Below, piece by piece: positions 17,599 to 27,446 of a stretch of DNA of 64,000 nucleotides (its first letter is position 1; each line of letters begins with the position of its first letter). The position numbers were made by a program, and so were the translations under genes. Origin of the DNA: Pseudomonadota bacterium (GTDB lineage Bacteria; Myxococcota_A; UBA9160; JADFDR01). Below the pieces are notes generated by a model, which made no database searches, had not been told where the DNA came from, and saw only the letters and a list, made by a program, of their open reading frames with translations. Location: assembly GCA_003353845.1 (NCBI GenBank), contig PIVT01000015.1, positions 689 through 64,688 of the forward strand, read 5' to 3'.

Positions 17599-18973
17599 CC
17601 GGGCTCTCCCCAATGCCTCGCCTGCGCAGCGCACGGCGGGCCGCCCCCGCCAGGTACACGGAGCCTGTCACGCATAATAGATCCTCAGCACCCAGCTGAT
17701 TCACGGCCATCTCCAATGCCTCGCCCAAGACAGGGTGCGACCGAACAGCAACTCCCGGTGCGAAAGTCAAAACTTCCGCCGCCAGTAAATCCGCAGAGAG
17801 TGAGCGCGTGGGCTCTGCCTCCGTGGTGATGACGCAATCCACTCCCTCCAAAAGCGGGCCAAGGACAGAGCTCAAATTTTTGTCTGTGGAAATAGAAAGA
17901 AGAAGGCAGCGCTTTCGGTGAGGAATCTCGTTCAAGGACTCCGTCAACCTGCGTGCCGACGCTTCCGTGTGTGCGGTATCAATGATGATGCCAGGCGCGG
18001 AGCTGAAAATTTCCACCCGGCCGGGCAAGCGAGCTTGAAGGAAACCTTCCCGAGCCGCATGCTCCAAGGCTGCGGGTTCGTAACTACCCAGGCGCTGCGC
18101 ACAGGCAATGGCCAGGGCTGCGTTCTGCACCTGATGCGATCCCACAGTGGGCAATGCTGCCGAAAAGTTTAAGTCCGCCGAACGATAATGCAGCCGCTTT
18201 CGGCCCATCTCTTCCGCACTGGCTTCGACCTCATAATCCTTTCCGGCCAAGCAAAGCGGCGCCCCTTGTCGACGCGCCTGCTCACACACCACATCGAGCG
18301 CCTCCGCCGCCAGGGCGCCCACCACGACAGGTCGGCCCGGTTTAATAATCCCCGCCTTTTCTGCAGCTATTTTGGCCAGCGTATCTCCGAGCCGATCCAT
18401 GTGCTCCAGCTCGATACTGGTGATGCAAGCCACTTCCGCGTTGACGATATTGGTCGAATCCAAGCGTCCACCGAGCCCGACTTCAAGAATGACCCGCTTC
18501 ACTCCGGCTTCTTTGAAAAGCACAAAGGCCGCAGCCGTCGTAACATCAAAAAAACTGGGTGCGCGGGCAGCGTCCTCGGCCTGCAAGGCTTCCACGTGGG
18601 GCCGCAATGTAGCCAGCACCTTTGCCAGCTGCGCTTCTTCAACTTCGCCGCCCTGAATTCGGAAACGTTCCGTCCAGCGTTCTAAATGGGGTGAAGTAAA
18701 GGTGCCTACGCTTTCGCCCGCCGCCATCAGCAAACTTTCCAACCACAGTGCCGTGGATCCCTTCCCTTTGGATCCAGCGATGTGTACGACGGAAAGATTG
18801 CGCTCGGGATGGCCCACACGATCGAGTAGGCGCTGAATTTTATCCAGCCCGAAATAGGTGTAGGGCGTCTCGGGGGAGCGCTCAACGTTGATTAAGCTTT
18901 CAAGATAGGCGCCTGCTTCTTCCAACACCTCAAGACCTTTATCGTGGGGATTTCGTCCACCCCATGCTGCCAA
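17585..18973 (-). CDS. folC: Bifunctional folylpolyglutamate synthase / dihydrofolate synthase
   Basis: The product has the P-loop HIAGSKGKGST and a Mur-ligase fold. The TTG at 18973 sits inside the upstream terminator, so the real start is more likely the GTG/TTG near 18928. Confidence 0.9.
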   Translation of the reverse strand: MAAWGGRNPHDKGLEVLEEAGAYLESLINVERSPETPYTYFGLDKIQRLLDRVGHPERNLSVVHIAGSKGKGSTALWLESLLMAAGESVGTFTSPHLERWTERFRIQGGEVEEAQLAKVLATLRPHVEALQAEDAARAPSFFDVTTAAAFVLFKEAGVKRVILEVGLGGRLDSTNIVNAEVACITSIELEHMDRLGDTLAKIAAEKAGIIKPGRPVVVGALAAEALDVVCEQARRQGAPLCLAGKDYEVEASAEEMGRKRLHYRSADLNFSAALPTVGSHQVQNAALAIACAQRLGSYEPAALEHAAREGFLQARLPGRVEIFSSAPGIIIDTAHTEASARRLTESLNEIPHRKRCLLLSISTDKNLSSVLGPLLEGVDCVITTEAEPTRSLSADLLAAEVLTFAPGVAVRSHPVLGEALEMAVNQLGAEDLLCVTGSVYLAGAARRALRRRGIGESPGARV

Positions 18974-19005
18974 AAAAAAGAGCGAGACGGCTACCCGTCT
19001 CGCTC
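18972..19005 (-). terminator. Rho-independent terminator for the gene at 19033-19431
   Basis: On the minus strand this reads GAGCGAGACGG-GUAG-CCGUCUCGCUC followed by a run of 8 U. Confidence 0.7.
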
Positions 19006-19032
19006 TTTAAATGAATCAGCTTCCTTTTGCGC

Positions 19033-19431
19033 CTACTGTGCCAGGTATCGATTGTCCTTTCGGTACTTTTTGACCGCGGTACTCGTCGTTTCGTTGGCTG
19101 GCGAAAAGAACTTCACCGCATGTCCGCACTCAGCGCAAACCTTGTAGTGAAAGTTGAAGCCTTCGATCTCCTCGGGTGTTCCTTGAATCTCACGGTTCTT
19201 TTCCGTGCAGCATTTCGAAGGAAAGGGAGGAGATACAATTTCTTTTGGAAAATTGTTCTCTGGGTTCAGATCCGTGCTATATCGAATGATCGTAGCCGTC
19301 GGCCGATTTGCGCGGATATCATCATTCTGCTTACGTATGTTGCTACCGATTCGTCTCAAAGGGTTCCCCTTATGGGATAAAGGAACCCCGCGAGCGTTAG
19401 GCGCGCGCGGGGGAACGGTGGAAGGTACCAT
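19033..19431 (-). CDS. Hypothetical small basic protein with a C-terminal zinc-ribbon-like CC...CxxC motif
   Basis: The 132-aa ORF contains KCCTEKN...FHYKVCAECGH. A strong intrinsic terminator follows it. By eye its GC is lower than its neighbours. Confidence 0.5.
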   Translation of the reverse strand: MVPSTVPPRAPNARGVPLSHKGNPLRRIGSNIRKQNDDIRANRPTATIIRYSTDLNPENNFPKEIVSPPFPSKCCTEKNREIQGTPEEIEGFNFHYKVCAECGHAVKFFSPANETTSTAVKKYRKDNRYLAQ

Positions 19432-19450
19432 CTCTTATCTTGGCTAGCAA

Positions 19451-20350
19451 GTGGATCGCATAAAAGACCTCGCAAAAAACACTGTTTTTCTCGCCTCCAA
19501 GGCCCCTCCGGGTCGTTTTAGTGGGCCTTTTTGCCTATTTTTTGCCGGTGCCGGATTTCTCGGGGCTCTGCTTCTAACAAATCCAGGCCTGGCCGAACCT
19601 ATTTCAAGCCAGGCTGCCGTCGAAACCGAGATTGAAGAAGCGCTTCAACTGCAAGAGGCCCTGCTCAAGCAAGTCACTCTCGATACCGGCGATACCGGGC
19701 CTTCCCCATCCGATGAAAATTCCCTGAATACGGCTGGCAAGCTGGACTGGAACCGAACACCCAAAGCCCCCGTTGAGCGAGCCATCCCCGAGGCATTGTT
19801 TGACGAGGAAGTCACCGTCATCGACAAAGGTACCTGGTCGAACAGCAAAGACATTCGAGTCCTGCGCCTTTCCTTGGATGTCGACAACAACGGCAAGCCG
19901 GAACAAGTTCGCTATCTGGATTTCACTACACGATCGTGCATTCGCGTAGAAGAGGATCGCAATTACGATGGCCTGCTGGATGCTTGGAGTAGCTACAACA
20001 CGAGCGATCAAACCTTGCATCAGCGCCTGCTCGACGACGATGACGACGGGAAAGCCGACCACTGGGAAACCTATGCTGCAGGTCGCTTGAACACCCTGGA
20101 AATCGATCGCGATGGAGATGGGCACATCGACGTGAATCGAGTCTACGGCCAGGAGTTTCTCGACAGGGAAGAGCACGACACCAATGGGGATGGTCAAATG
20201 AATCGCTACGTGATTTTCAAAAATGGCGAGCGGCGTGAAGTGCATGAAGATCTCAATCACGACGGTGAAATCGATGTCATCTCGTTTTACGAAAATGGAA
20301 AACTCAGACGCCGTCAGATCAAACAAGCCCCTCTGACGGAAAACCGCTGA
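19451..20350 (+). CDS. Secreted protein with six DxDxDG-type (EF-hand/dockerin-like) calcium-binding loops
   Basis: The protein has a signal peptide. The loops are DVDNNGKPE, DRNYDGLLD, DDDDDGKAD, DRDGDGHID, DTNGDGQMN and DLNHDGEID, spaced at intervals of about 20-25 aa. Confidence 0.7.
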   Translation: MDRIKDLAKNTVFLASKAPPGRFSGPFCLFFAGAGFLGALLLTNPGLAEPISSQAAVETEIEEALQLQEALLKQVTLDTGDTGPSPSDENSLNTAGKLDWNRTPKAPVERAIPEALFDEEVTVIDKGTWSNSKDIRVLRLSLDVDNNGKPEQVRYLDFTTRSCIRVEEDRNYDGLLDAWSSYNTSDQTLHQRLLDDDDDGKADHWETYAAGRLNTLEIDRDGDGHIDVNRVYGQEFLDREEHDTNGDGQMNRYVIFKNGERREVHEDLNHDGEIDVISFYENGKLRRRQIKQAPLTENR

Positions 20351-20354
20351 CGAG

Positions 20355-21710
20355 CTAGTCTTCTACCGGATTCAATTCGAGTTCTTTGCGCAGTTCTTCG
20401 CGCTTGCGGAAATCGTCAATGCGCTTTCGCTCCAACAAGAGTTGCAAGACTTTATTGCGTCGACGAATTCGATCGAGTTCAAGCAAGAGTTCCTTATCGC
20501 TCAACCCACTCAAACGAAATTCAAATTCCAGGGTCGTATTCACGCGCTTTCCCGAGGACGCCAGGGCGGTCACCCGCACCTGGTTTGTCCCTTCTTTTAC
20601 AGGGACAAACCCTGAAAAATGCCCATCGGGAGAGAGATGCACGTCAGTGGAGAAATCTCCCGTGGTGAGGTTGGTCAACACGACATCTTCGATACTTGAA
20701 AAGCTGACACCTTGTAACAAGGGCACGATGTCGGCCGGGTTTCGCACAGGAACGTATTCACCCAGGCTGACTCGAGCAATTTCCGTCGCGGCCACCGGCT
20801 CCGTCAAAGCTCCCATTCCAATGGCATAACAGTGGATGGGTACCCCGGCGCTGCGTGCCAATTGTGCGGCGCGCACAGCGGCCTCGATATCTCCAGCATC
20901 CACGACATCGGATCGGCCCATGGGGAAAGAGGGACTGCCATCCGTCAAAAACAAAAGAACTGATTTTCGTTCGGGATCATGTCGACTCTTCGCCCCAGGC
21001 AAACCAGCCAACTCCCGCAAGCCGAGCCGAATACCCGCTTCAAAGTTGGTCGCGCCATGCCCGCCTCGCCTCTCGATTTTCTCAAGGGCTTCCAACACCC
21101 GTGCATAGCTACGTGTCAATGGCACGTGAAGCACGGCGTCTCCCTCTACGCCGCCGACTCGCAAGCCAGTCTCCACATTCACGGGTCCTGAAGAAAAGGT
21201 GAGCAGTCCCACTCGAACTCGCTCGGGCGATAAGCCCTCAATCAATTTTCGCGCGGCCAACACTTCTGCGGCGAGTACCGAATCACCTGGGTCCGTGGAG
21301 ACCATGTCCTCGGGGTAGGTCCCGGGCGCCACCAACTCAAGACGCGGATCCATTCCCAGTGTCCCATCGCCATCGACGTCCGTCCCGCTGGGTTCGTTGG
21401 TCGATCCCGATACATCCAGGGCCAGCATCAGGTCGTAACCCGGTGGCGGAACGGAATCCACGGTGGCCAACCCCCGCACTTCGGCCAGATGCACAGCGTT
21501 GGATACCTCTCCACCCGCTGCCGGGGTTTCAATTCTCAGACCGACTTTGGGGCCGGTATCCGAAGCTGCGCTGGCCACCCGACTCCCGACCAAAGAACTC
21601 GATCCTGTGCAAATCAATACTGCAAGCATAAGAAGGCGCAGCGAAAACGAGAAGGTTCTCAACATTCTTTGCAAACTCGATTTCATTGTCACTCGATTCA
21701 AATCAGGCAT
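20355..21710 (-). CDS. Secreted von Willebrand factor A domain protein with an Ig-like domain and a coiled-coil tail
   Basis: The protein has a signal peptide and the MIDAS motif LALDVSGST. It also has GLLTFS and LFLTDGSPSFP, and a basic/acidic coiled tail. Confidence 0.8.
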   Translation of the reverse strand: MPDLNRVTMKSSLQRMLRTFSFSLRLLMLAVLICTGSSSLVGSRVASAASDTGPKVGLRIETPAAGGEVSNAVHLAEVRGLATVDSVPPPGYDLMLALDVSGSTNEPSGTDVDGDGTLGMDPRLELVAPGTYPEDMVSTDPGDSVLAAEVLAARKLIEGLSPERVRVGLLTFSSGPVNVETGLRVGGVEGDAVLHVPLTRSYARVLEALEKIERRGGHGATNFEAGIRLGLRELAGLPGAKSRHDPERKSVLLFLTDGSPSFPMGRSDVVDAGDIEAAVRAAQLARSAGVPIHCYAIGMGALTEPVAATEIARVSLGEYVPVRNPADIVPLLQGVSFSSIEDVVLTNLTTGDFSTDVHLSPDGHFSGFVPVKEGTNQVRVTALASSGKRVNTTLEFEFRLSGLSDKELLLELDRIRRRNKVLQLLLERKRIDDFRKREELRKELELNPVED

Positions 21711-21791
21711 GAGGAGAGACTACCGCAAACGGCTCCTGCGTCGAAAAGAAGGGTCGTGACCTCGGGTTGAATCAGGTATTTTTACCCTCCC

Positions 21792-22694
21792 ATGGCCACC
21801 GACCTGATCGACATCACGACCTACCTCGAACAGTTTCGCGATGAACCGGTACTGTATCGCGCCAATCTCGGCAATGGCGGAGACGCCGTCGTCGCCTCGG
21901 CCACCCTGCAGCTCTTTGATCGCTGTGGCCTGCAAGTTGAAATGTGGTCTGAAGATTCCAATCCAGACGGCCGCATCGTCATGTACGGAGGCGGGGGGAA
22001 TCTCACCCCTTCCTACCACGACGCTGCCGACTTCATCGAAGCCAACCACTCTAGAGCCAAGAAATTTGTCCTACTGCCACATACCATTGATGGAAACGAC
22101 GACTTATTGCGGAGCCTGGGCTCCAACGTGGATTTGATTTGCCGTGAGCCACTAAGCTATGCGCACGTTCAAAAAGTACGCGGCGAGCAAGACCTCTACC
22201 TCGCCGACGATCTCGCCTTGTCCTTGGATGTTCGCGCCATCCTCAACGGGGGTTTCCCAGACCTTCAAGGCCATGCAAAAGAGAGGAAGTACTTGCGACG
22301 CTACGCCCGCTTAAAAAGGAACCTCTTCATTCTGCGGCGTTACAGTGAACTGCGGTCGCTTTTATCGCACCGGGGGCTCAAGGAAGTGCGCTGCTTTCGC
22401 GGCGATGTCGAAAAAACACTGGAGCCCATTCCTCCTTTGAATTTTGACTTGTCCAGGCGCGTCCCCTCAGACCGGGCCATGACCGATCCTCGCACGATCC
22501 AAATGGCCACCTTCTCAATCCTTAGCTTTCTCCAACATTTCGATATTCTGCGCACGAACCACCTGAACCTGGCCATCAGCGCACTGTTATTGGGAAAGCA
22601 GGTGCGGCTGTATCGAAATTCCTACTGGAAGAACCGGGCGATCTTCTATAGCTCCTTGGCCAATCGATTCGAATACGTGATCTGGGTTTCTTAA
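21792..22694 (+). CDS. Polysaccharide pyruvyl transferase family protein
   Basis: ANLGNGGDAVVASAT, YGGGGNL and VLLPHTIDG resemble the GNxGD, GGG and QSxG motifs of the family. Confidence 0.55.
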   Translation: MATDLIDITTYLEQFRDEPVLYRANLGNGGDAVVASATLQLFDRCGLQVEMWSEDSNPDGRIVMYGGGGNLTPSYHDAADFIEANHSRAKKFVLLPHTIDGNDDLLRSLGSNVDLICREPLSYAHVQKVRGEQDLYLADDLALSLDVRAILNGGFPDLQGHAKERKYLRRYARLKRNLFILRRYSELRSLLSHRGLKEVRCFRGDVEKTLEPIPPLNFDLSRRVPSDRAMTDPRTIQMATFSILSFLQHFDILRTNHLNLAISALLLGKQVRLYRNSYWKNRAIFYSSLANRFEYVIWVS

Positions 22695-22826
22695 ACCGGA
22701 CACCTACCGAAGATTTACTGTTTCGATGCTGTGCTTTGTGGAGGCTCTTGCCCGACAGCCCTCCCCTTTTGTCCCCGGGCTCACTACTGTCCAGGCTCTC
22801 CATTCCGTGGTCCCGCGGAAGCCTTC

Positions 22827-24341
22827 ATGTCCAGAGTGATCAGTGCGGCCTTGCATGGCGTCCAAGGCCAAGCCATTGAAGTCGAGGTTCGAATCAGCGC
22901 CCAACTCCCGCGCATTGATATCGTCGGGCTGGCTGAAACCACCGTGCGCGAAAGCAGCGCCCGGGTGCGTGCGGCCATTACTTCCACCGGACTGCGTTTC
23001 CCGGGGCAGCGCGTCACCGTCAACCTGGCACCCGCAGGACTGCGCAAGTGTGGCGCCGGTTTGGATCTCCCCATTGCCATCGCCATCCTGGCCGAGGCCG
23101 GAAACCTCGAAGCCGAGGACTTGCTTCATCTCGGACTCATCGGCGAACTCGCCCTCGATGGCCGCCTGCGACCCGTACGCGGCGCCTTGGCCCTGACCCT
23201 GGCCGCCCGACAGGCGGGCTGCCAACGCATGATTCTCCCCACTGCTAATGCCGCCGAGGCGGCTTTGGCCCCGTCCATTCAGATCTATCAAGCCGATACC
23301 CTGCAGGAGGTGATTGCCTTCCTGTTAAGCGGCGATCCTCTCCAACAGGTCTCTCCAACCCCGCCCCTTGATTGCAATGAAGCCATCCCGGACTTGCTTG
23401 ACGTGCGCGGGCAGGAAGAGGCCAAACGCGCACTGACCATCGCGGCGGCGGGAGGACACGCTTTGCTTTTGCAAGGTCCACCCGGCACAGGGAAAAGCAT
23501 GCTGGCCAAACGCCTGCCCGGGCTCGTTCCTTTTCTAGACGAGCAGGAAGCTCTCGAAGTCACGCGCATTCACAGTGCAGCCAATCAACTGCAAGATCGC
23601 GAGCCCGCACTCATCACGCGACGTCCCTTTCGCGCCCCGCACCAAACCACCAGCGCAGCGGGCCTCTTTGGAGGAGGCACACCCCCTCGCCCCGGAGAAG
23701 TCTCCCTCGCTCATCGCGGTGTGCTGTTCCTGGATGAGCTCCCTGAATTCCAAGGTCGAGTCCTCGAACAAATGCGCCAGGTTCTCGAGGATCGGCAAAT
23801 TTTGCTCTCGCGTGCGAACTATCACTGTCGCTTTCCGGCACATTTTCAACTCATTGCCGCAGCCAACCCCTGCCCCTGCGGTTGGTATCAAAGCGGCTCC
23901 CGAGATTGTCGCTGTGATGACGGTGTGATTGCGAAGTACCAATCGCGCGTTTCTGGCCCTCTGCTCGATCGCATCGATCTGCGCGTGCGTGTACAGCCCT
24001 TGGAGTGGAACAGCTTGGATGCTCCCCCTTCGGGCCCCAGCAGTGCACAGCTGCGAGCCCAGGTGCAAGTCGCGCGACAGTGGCAATCGCGCCGCTTAGT
24101 GAAGTTGACAGGCCGAACCAACTCCGAGATCCCTGACAAAGTCATTGACGATCTGGTCGATGCAACGCCCGATGCCCGGACCTTGCTGGGACGTGCCGTC
24201 GACCGACTCCACCTCTCGGCTCGCGGCGCCCGTCGCACCCTGCGCACCGCCCGAAGCATCGCAGACTTGAATGCCGAGCAACGCGTAGGCCCTGAAGCCA
24301 TCTCAGAAGCCCTGCACTACCGCCCCGAGGTCGAGAACTGA
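22827..24341 (+). CDS. comM: YifB/ComM-family Mg-chelatase-like AAA+ ATPase
   Basis: The product starts [21 protein letters not shown] and has Walker [21 protein letters not shown] and the C-terminal Mg-chelatase-like region. I chose the internal Met as the start; the track ORF starts at 22731. Confidence 0.9.
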   Translation: MSRVISAALHGVQGQAIEVEVRISAQLPRIDIVGLAETTVRESSARVRAAITSTGLRFPGQRVTVNLAPAGLRKCGAGLDLPIAIAILAEAGNLEAEDLLHLGLIGELALDGRLRPVRGALALTLAARQAGCQRMILPTANAAEAALAPSIQIYQADTLQEVIAFLLSGDPLQQVSPTPPLDCNEAIPDLLDVRGQEEAKRALTIAAAGGHALLLQGPPGTGKSMLAKRLPGLVPFLDEQEALEVTRIHSAANQLQDREPALITRRPFRAPHQTTSAAGLFGGGTPPRPGEVSLAHRGVLFLDELPEFQGRVLEQMRQVLEDRQILLSRANYHCRFPAHFQLIAAANPCPCGWYQSGSRDCRCDDGVIAKYQSRVSGPLLDRIDLRVRVQPLEWNSLDAPPSGPSSAQLRAQVQVARQWQSRRLVKLTGRTNSEIPDKVIDDLVDATPDARTLLGRAVDRLHLSARGARRTLRTARSIADLNAEQRVGPEAISEALHYRPEVEN

Positions 24342-24426
24342 CATCCTTCTCACAGGACGTCCTCGCATTTCTCGCTATCCTCTCCAACTTCAGCAGATCA
24401 GTGGAAGAGGCGAGGAGAGGCGAAAG

Positions 24427-25305
24427 ATGAAAGGCATCGTACTGGCAGGCGGATCGGGCTCGCGACTTCACCCGGTCACCTTGGGCACGAGCAAGCAACT
24501 CTTGCCCATTTACGACAAACCCATGATCTACTATCCGCTCTCCTGCCTGATGCTGGCTGGCATTCGCGAAATTTTGGTCATCACGACACCGGAAGAACAG
24601 AGTGCCTTTCAACGCCTATTGGGCGACGGCACACAATTTGGCCTTTCCATCCAATACGCCATTCAGCCAAAGCCGGAGGGCTTGGCCCAGGCCTTCCACA
24701 TCGGCGCCGAGTTCGTCGGCCAGGACCGCGTCGCCCTGGCCTTGGGCGACAATATTTTCTACGGCCACGGGTTCGCCGAACTCCTGGTCAACGCCGCCGA
24801 ACACGAAGAAGGGGCAACGGTCTTCGGCTATTGGGTTCGGGATCCTGAACGCTACGGCGTCGTCGAGTTTGACAAAAATGGATCCGCCTTGGGCATTGAA
24901 GAGAAGCCCGCCGTGCCACGATCCAACTACGCCGTGACCGGGCTTTACTTCTATGACAACCACGTCCTTGAAATCGCCCGCGACATCAAACCTTCAGCGC
25001 GTGGCGAGTTGGAAATTACAGATGTAAATCTCGCCTATCTACAAGCCGGCACGCTTCAGGTGGAGGTGATGGGCCGGGGATATGCCTGGCTCGACACCGG
25101 GACTCACGAATCCATGTTGCGCGCGTCCAACTACATTGAGACCATCGAAGAACGACAAGGACTCAAGGTGGCGTGCTTGGAAGAAATCGCTTTTCGGAAG
25201 GGTTACGTCGATCGTGAGCATTTGCTCCGCGCTGGCGAAAAGCTTTCTAAGACCTCTTACGGACAATATCTTCTCGCAGTCGCTGATGAGGATAAACTTT
25301 TTTGA
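24427..25305 (+). CDS. rfbA: Glucose-1-phosphate thymidylyltransferase
   Basis: The product begins [39 protein letters not shown] and is 292 aa. Confidence 0.95.
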   Translation: MKGIVLAGGSGSRLHPVTLGTSKQLLPIYDKPMIYYPLSCLMLAGIREILVITTPEEQSAFQRLLGDGTQFGLSIQYAIQPKPEGLAQAFHIGAEFVGQDRVALALGDNIFYGHGFAELLVNAAEHEEGATVFGYWVRDPERYGVVEFDKNGSALGIEEKPAVPRSNYAVTGLYFYDNHVLEIARDIKPSARGELEITDVNLAYLQAGTLQVEVMGRGYAWLDTGTHESMLRASNYIETIEERQGLKVACLEEIAFRKGYVDREHLLRAGEKLSKTSYGQYLLAVADEDKLF

Positions 25306-25856
25306 AGTTCCAGAACACCAACATTCCTGGCGTGATCCTCATCGAACCCAAGGTATTCGGGGACAGTCGCGGATTTTTCTTTGAGTCCTACCACGCCGAG
25401 AAATTTCGCGCAGGCGGCGTCCCTCTTCCCTTTGTACAAGACAACTGCTCCAAATCAGCCAAAGGCGTATTGCGCGGTTTGCACGGCCAGTCTCCCCACC
25501 CTCAAGGCAAACTCATCCAAGTCATCGAAGGGGAGATCTATGATGTGGCCGTCGATGCGCGCAGAGGTTCTCCCACCTATGGTACACATATAAGCGTCAC
25601 TCTCTCAGCGGAGAACAGGCACCAACTCTACGTACCCCCCGGTCTGATTCACGGCTTCTGCGTCACTAGCGAGGCGGCCCAAGTGCAGTACAAGTGCACC
25701 GAGCTATACCACCCCGAGGCCGAATTCAGTGTCGCCTGGAACGACCCCGATCTAGGCATCACCTGGCCTACTGAGAATCCAATTTTGTCAGAGAAAGATC
25801 AGAACGCGCCGTGTTTGCGCGACGTGCAAGAGAGATTGGTTCCTTACGAGTCCTAG
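25302..25856 (+). CDS. rfbC: dTDP-4-dehydrorhamnose 3,5-epimerase
   Basis: The product contains [12 protein letters not shown] and RGLHGQ and is 184 aa. Its start overlaps the rfbA stop. Confidence 0.95.
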   Translation: MKFQNTNIPGVILIEPKVFGDSRGFFFESYHAEKFRAGGVPLPFVQDNCSKSAKGVLRGLHGQSPHPQGKLIQVIEGEIYDVAVDARRGSPTYGTHISVTLSAENRHQLYVPPGLIHGFCVTSEAAQVQYKCTELYHPEAEFSVAWNDPDLGITWPTENPILSEKDQNAPCLRDVQERLVPYES

Positions 25857-25910
25857 CCCGGACTATTCACGTGCCTCGTCTTGATTGGACGCTGAGGCAA
25901 CACGCTCGAC

Positions 25911-26078
25911 TCAGAATTCTTCTTCGACGTCCCAGCTTGCCGAATCTTGCTCCTCTTGCTGCAGAATGCGGAAGGAAGCGCCACAGGAACAGCAAACCAC
26001 CGAGTCGCCCACGCTCTCATCCCCGGCCAGGAAGAACTCGACCTCACAAACGGAACAAGCGGCTTTCAGCTTGGGCAT
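25911..26078 (-). CDS. 55-aa zinc-ribbon microprotein, LysW-like, not in the ORF track
   Basis: My translation is MPKLKAACSVCEVEFFLAGDESVGDSVVCCSCGASFRILQQEEQDSASWDVEEEF. It has CxxC and CxC pairs plus an acidic Trp-containing tail, and lies 33 nt downstream of fur on the same strand. Confidence 0.55.
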   Translation of the reverse strand: MPKLKAACSVCEVEFFLAGDESVGDSVVCCSCGASFRILQQEEQDSASWDVEEEF

Positions 26079-26111
26079 CGCGATTTACTCCTGGTGTTCT
26101 TGTTCTGGGGG

Positions 26112-26543
26112 TCACTCTTCGCGGCAACTTTCGCAGTGGCCATAGAGTTCGTATCGGTGGCGCAGCAGTCGAAATTTATAGCGAGTTGCAATTTCTTCCT
26201 GCGCAGCTTCGATCATGGCGCATTCGAACTCGACGATTTTCCCGCATTTCATACACACCAAATGGTCGTGGTGTTCTTGTTTGATTTCGAACCGAGTGAC
26301 ACCGTCATCAAAATGAGTTTCCTCGGCTAAGCCGGCGTCACAAAACAGCTTCAGGCTGCGATAGACAGTGGTAAACCCGATTTTCGGGTGGAGTGCCCGC
26401 ACACGCTGAAACAATTCGTCGCCCGAAACATGCCCTTTTGCCGCAAGAAACACGTCCAAAATTGCATCGCGCTGCTTCGTATGCTTCAAATTCTTCGTAT
26501 CGAGATAAGCACTCAGTGCTTTGTGTTCCAGCCCATCGGTCAT
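26112..26543 (-). CDS. fur: Fur-family transcriptional regulator
   Basis: The 143-aa product contains HHDHLVCMKCGKIVEF and GHCESC. Confidence 0.9.
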   Translation of the reverse strand: MTDGLEHKALSAYLDTKNLKHTKQRDAILDVFLAAKGHVSGDELFQRVRALHPKIGFTTVYRSLKLFCDAGLAEETHFDDGVTRFEIKQEHHDHLVCMKCGKIVEFECAMIEAAQEEIATRYKFRLLRHRYELYGHCESCREE

Positions 26544-26592
26544 AATTCCACCTTAATACAGTCTCTGTGCTCATTCAATTCTCAGAACGAAC

Positions 26593-27063
26593 TCAACTGG
26601 CTTCCAACAATTCTTCAGCAAGTTCCGCCACGCGATCCTCAGCATGGAAGGCGAGAACCTTCAACTGGGACTTCAAGCTCGACCCCGCGTAGTCGTACTC
26701 TCCTTGAAGCAACTCCTCCAGGGCAGCGCATATCAGGTCGCTGTCGTGCGAATCGAGAAAGATGCCCAGCAGGACTAAATCCTTGGGAATACCTTCAGCG
26801 TCAAAATACGCCCGACAGGCCCTGGGCAAATCTTTCGTACCATGCGCGGCGTGAACTTCCTTCGCCAGGCGATCCGCTTCAGTGTCGCCTTTCTTGGAGA
26901 ACAGTGCTCGCTCGGCACTGCGCAGGTATTCCGTCGTAGCAACTTTTTCCCTGGCCTGTGCCGCTTCACCGCGCGGTTTTCTGGGGCCCTTTTCGCCTCC
27001 ACCTTCACGACGCAACCGATCCCGCTCGCTATAGCTCAACTTCCGCCCGTCTCCATCGCTCAT
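26593..27063 (-). CDS. Hypothetical protein with a charged N-terminus and a helical C-terminus
   Basis: The 156-aa ORF shows coding-like composition. Its start overlaps the upstream stop in an ATGA. I recognise no domain. Confidence 0.55.
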   Translation of the reverse strand: MSDGDGRKLSYSERDRLRREGGGEKGPRKPRGEAAQAREKVATTEYLRSAERALFSKKGDTEADRLAKEVHAAHGTKDLPRACRAYFDAEGIPKDLVLLGIFLDSHDSDLICAALEELLQGEYDYAGSSLKSQLKVLAFHAEDRVAELAEELLEAS

Positions 27064-27446
27064 CGAAGCTCTCCCCTGTTTGAACCCTCAGCTTGGCCGT
27101 TCCCAGCCGAGCCGGACCGGGTTCCCGCGATCACTTCCAAATTATGCTTCGCTGCTTCATTCCGACAGTCTAAATCAATGGCACGGCGAAAGGCTTGGGC
27201 CGCCAATTCATTTTTCCCTTCACCGAGGTAAGCCAATCCCAAATGGTTCTGCACCTGGGACGCTTGAGTCGGATGCTCGACAAGAACGGCGGCTTGCGAC
27301 AGCGCTTCACGCGCCTCGGAATACTCTCCACGCTCCAAGGCTTCGGTCCCCTGAACATGTAGCCGCGGCCCTTCGAGGGCTCCGCAGCCAATCGAGCAAA
27401 CCAGACTCAGCACCCATCCAATTCTTTTGACCCACATCGCCCACAT
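27060..27446 (-). CDS. TPR-repeat lipoprotein
   Basis: The signal peptide ends in SIGC. A TPR-like segment follows: AREALSQAAVL...NHLGLAYLGEGKNELAAQAFRRAIDLD. Confidence 0.7.
   Translation of the reverse strand: MWAMWVKRIGWVLSLVCSIGCGALEGPRLHVQGTEALERGEYSEAREALSQAAVLVEHPTQASQVQNHLGLAYLGEGKNELAAQAFRRAIDLDCRNEAAKHNLEVIAGTRSGSAGNGQAEGSNRGELR

Noticed and set aside
19604-20326. A 240-aa ORF lies antisense to the DxDxDG-repeat protein gene.
   Set aside because: Its Ile/Val/Phe-rich translation is the mirror of the Asp/Asn/Glu-rich sense frame. The sense frame has a signal peptide and regular Ca-loop repeats.
22886-22895. A GGTTCGAATC string resembles a tRNA T-arm.
   Set aside because: It lies inside the comM coding frame (EVEVRISAQ). 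No acceptor or anticodon stem pairing is detectable around it.
22704-23291. A 195-aa ORF lies antisense to the 5' part of comM/yifB.
   Set aside because: It is Gly/Ala-rich and low in complexity, and it overlaps a confidently assigned gene.
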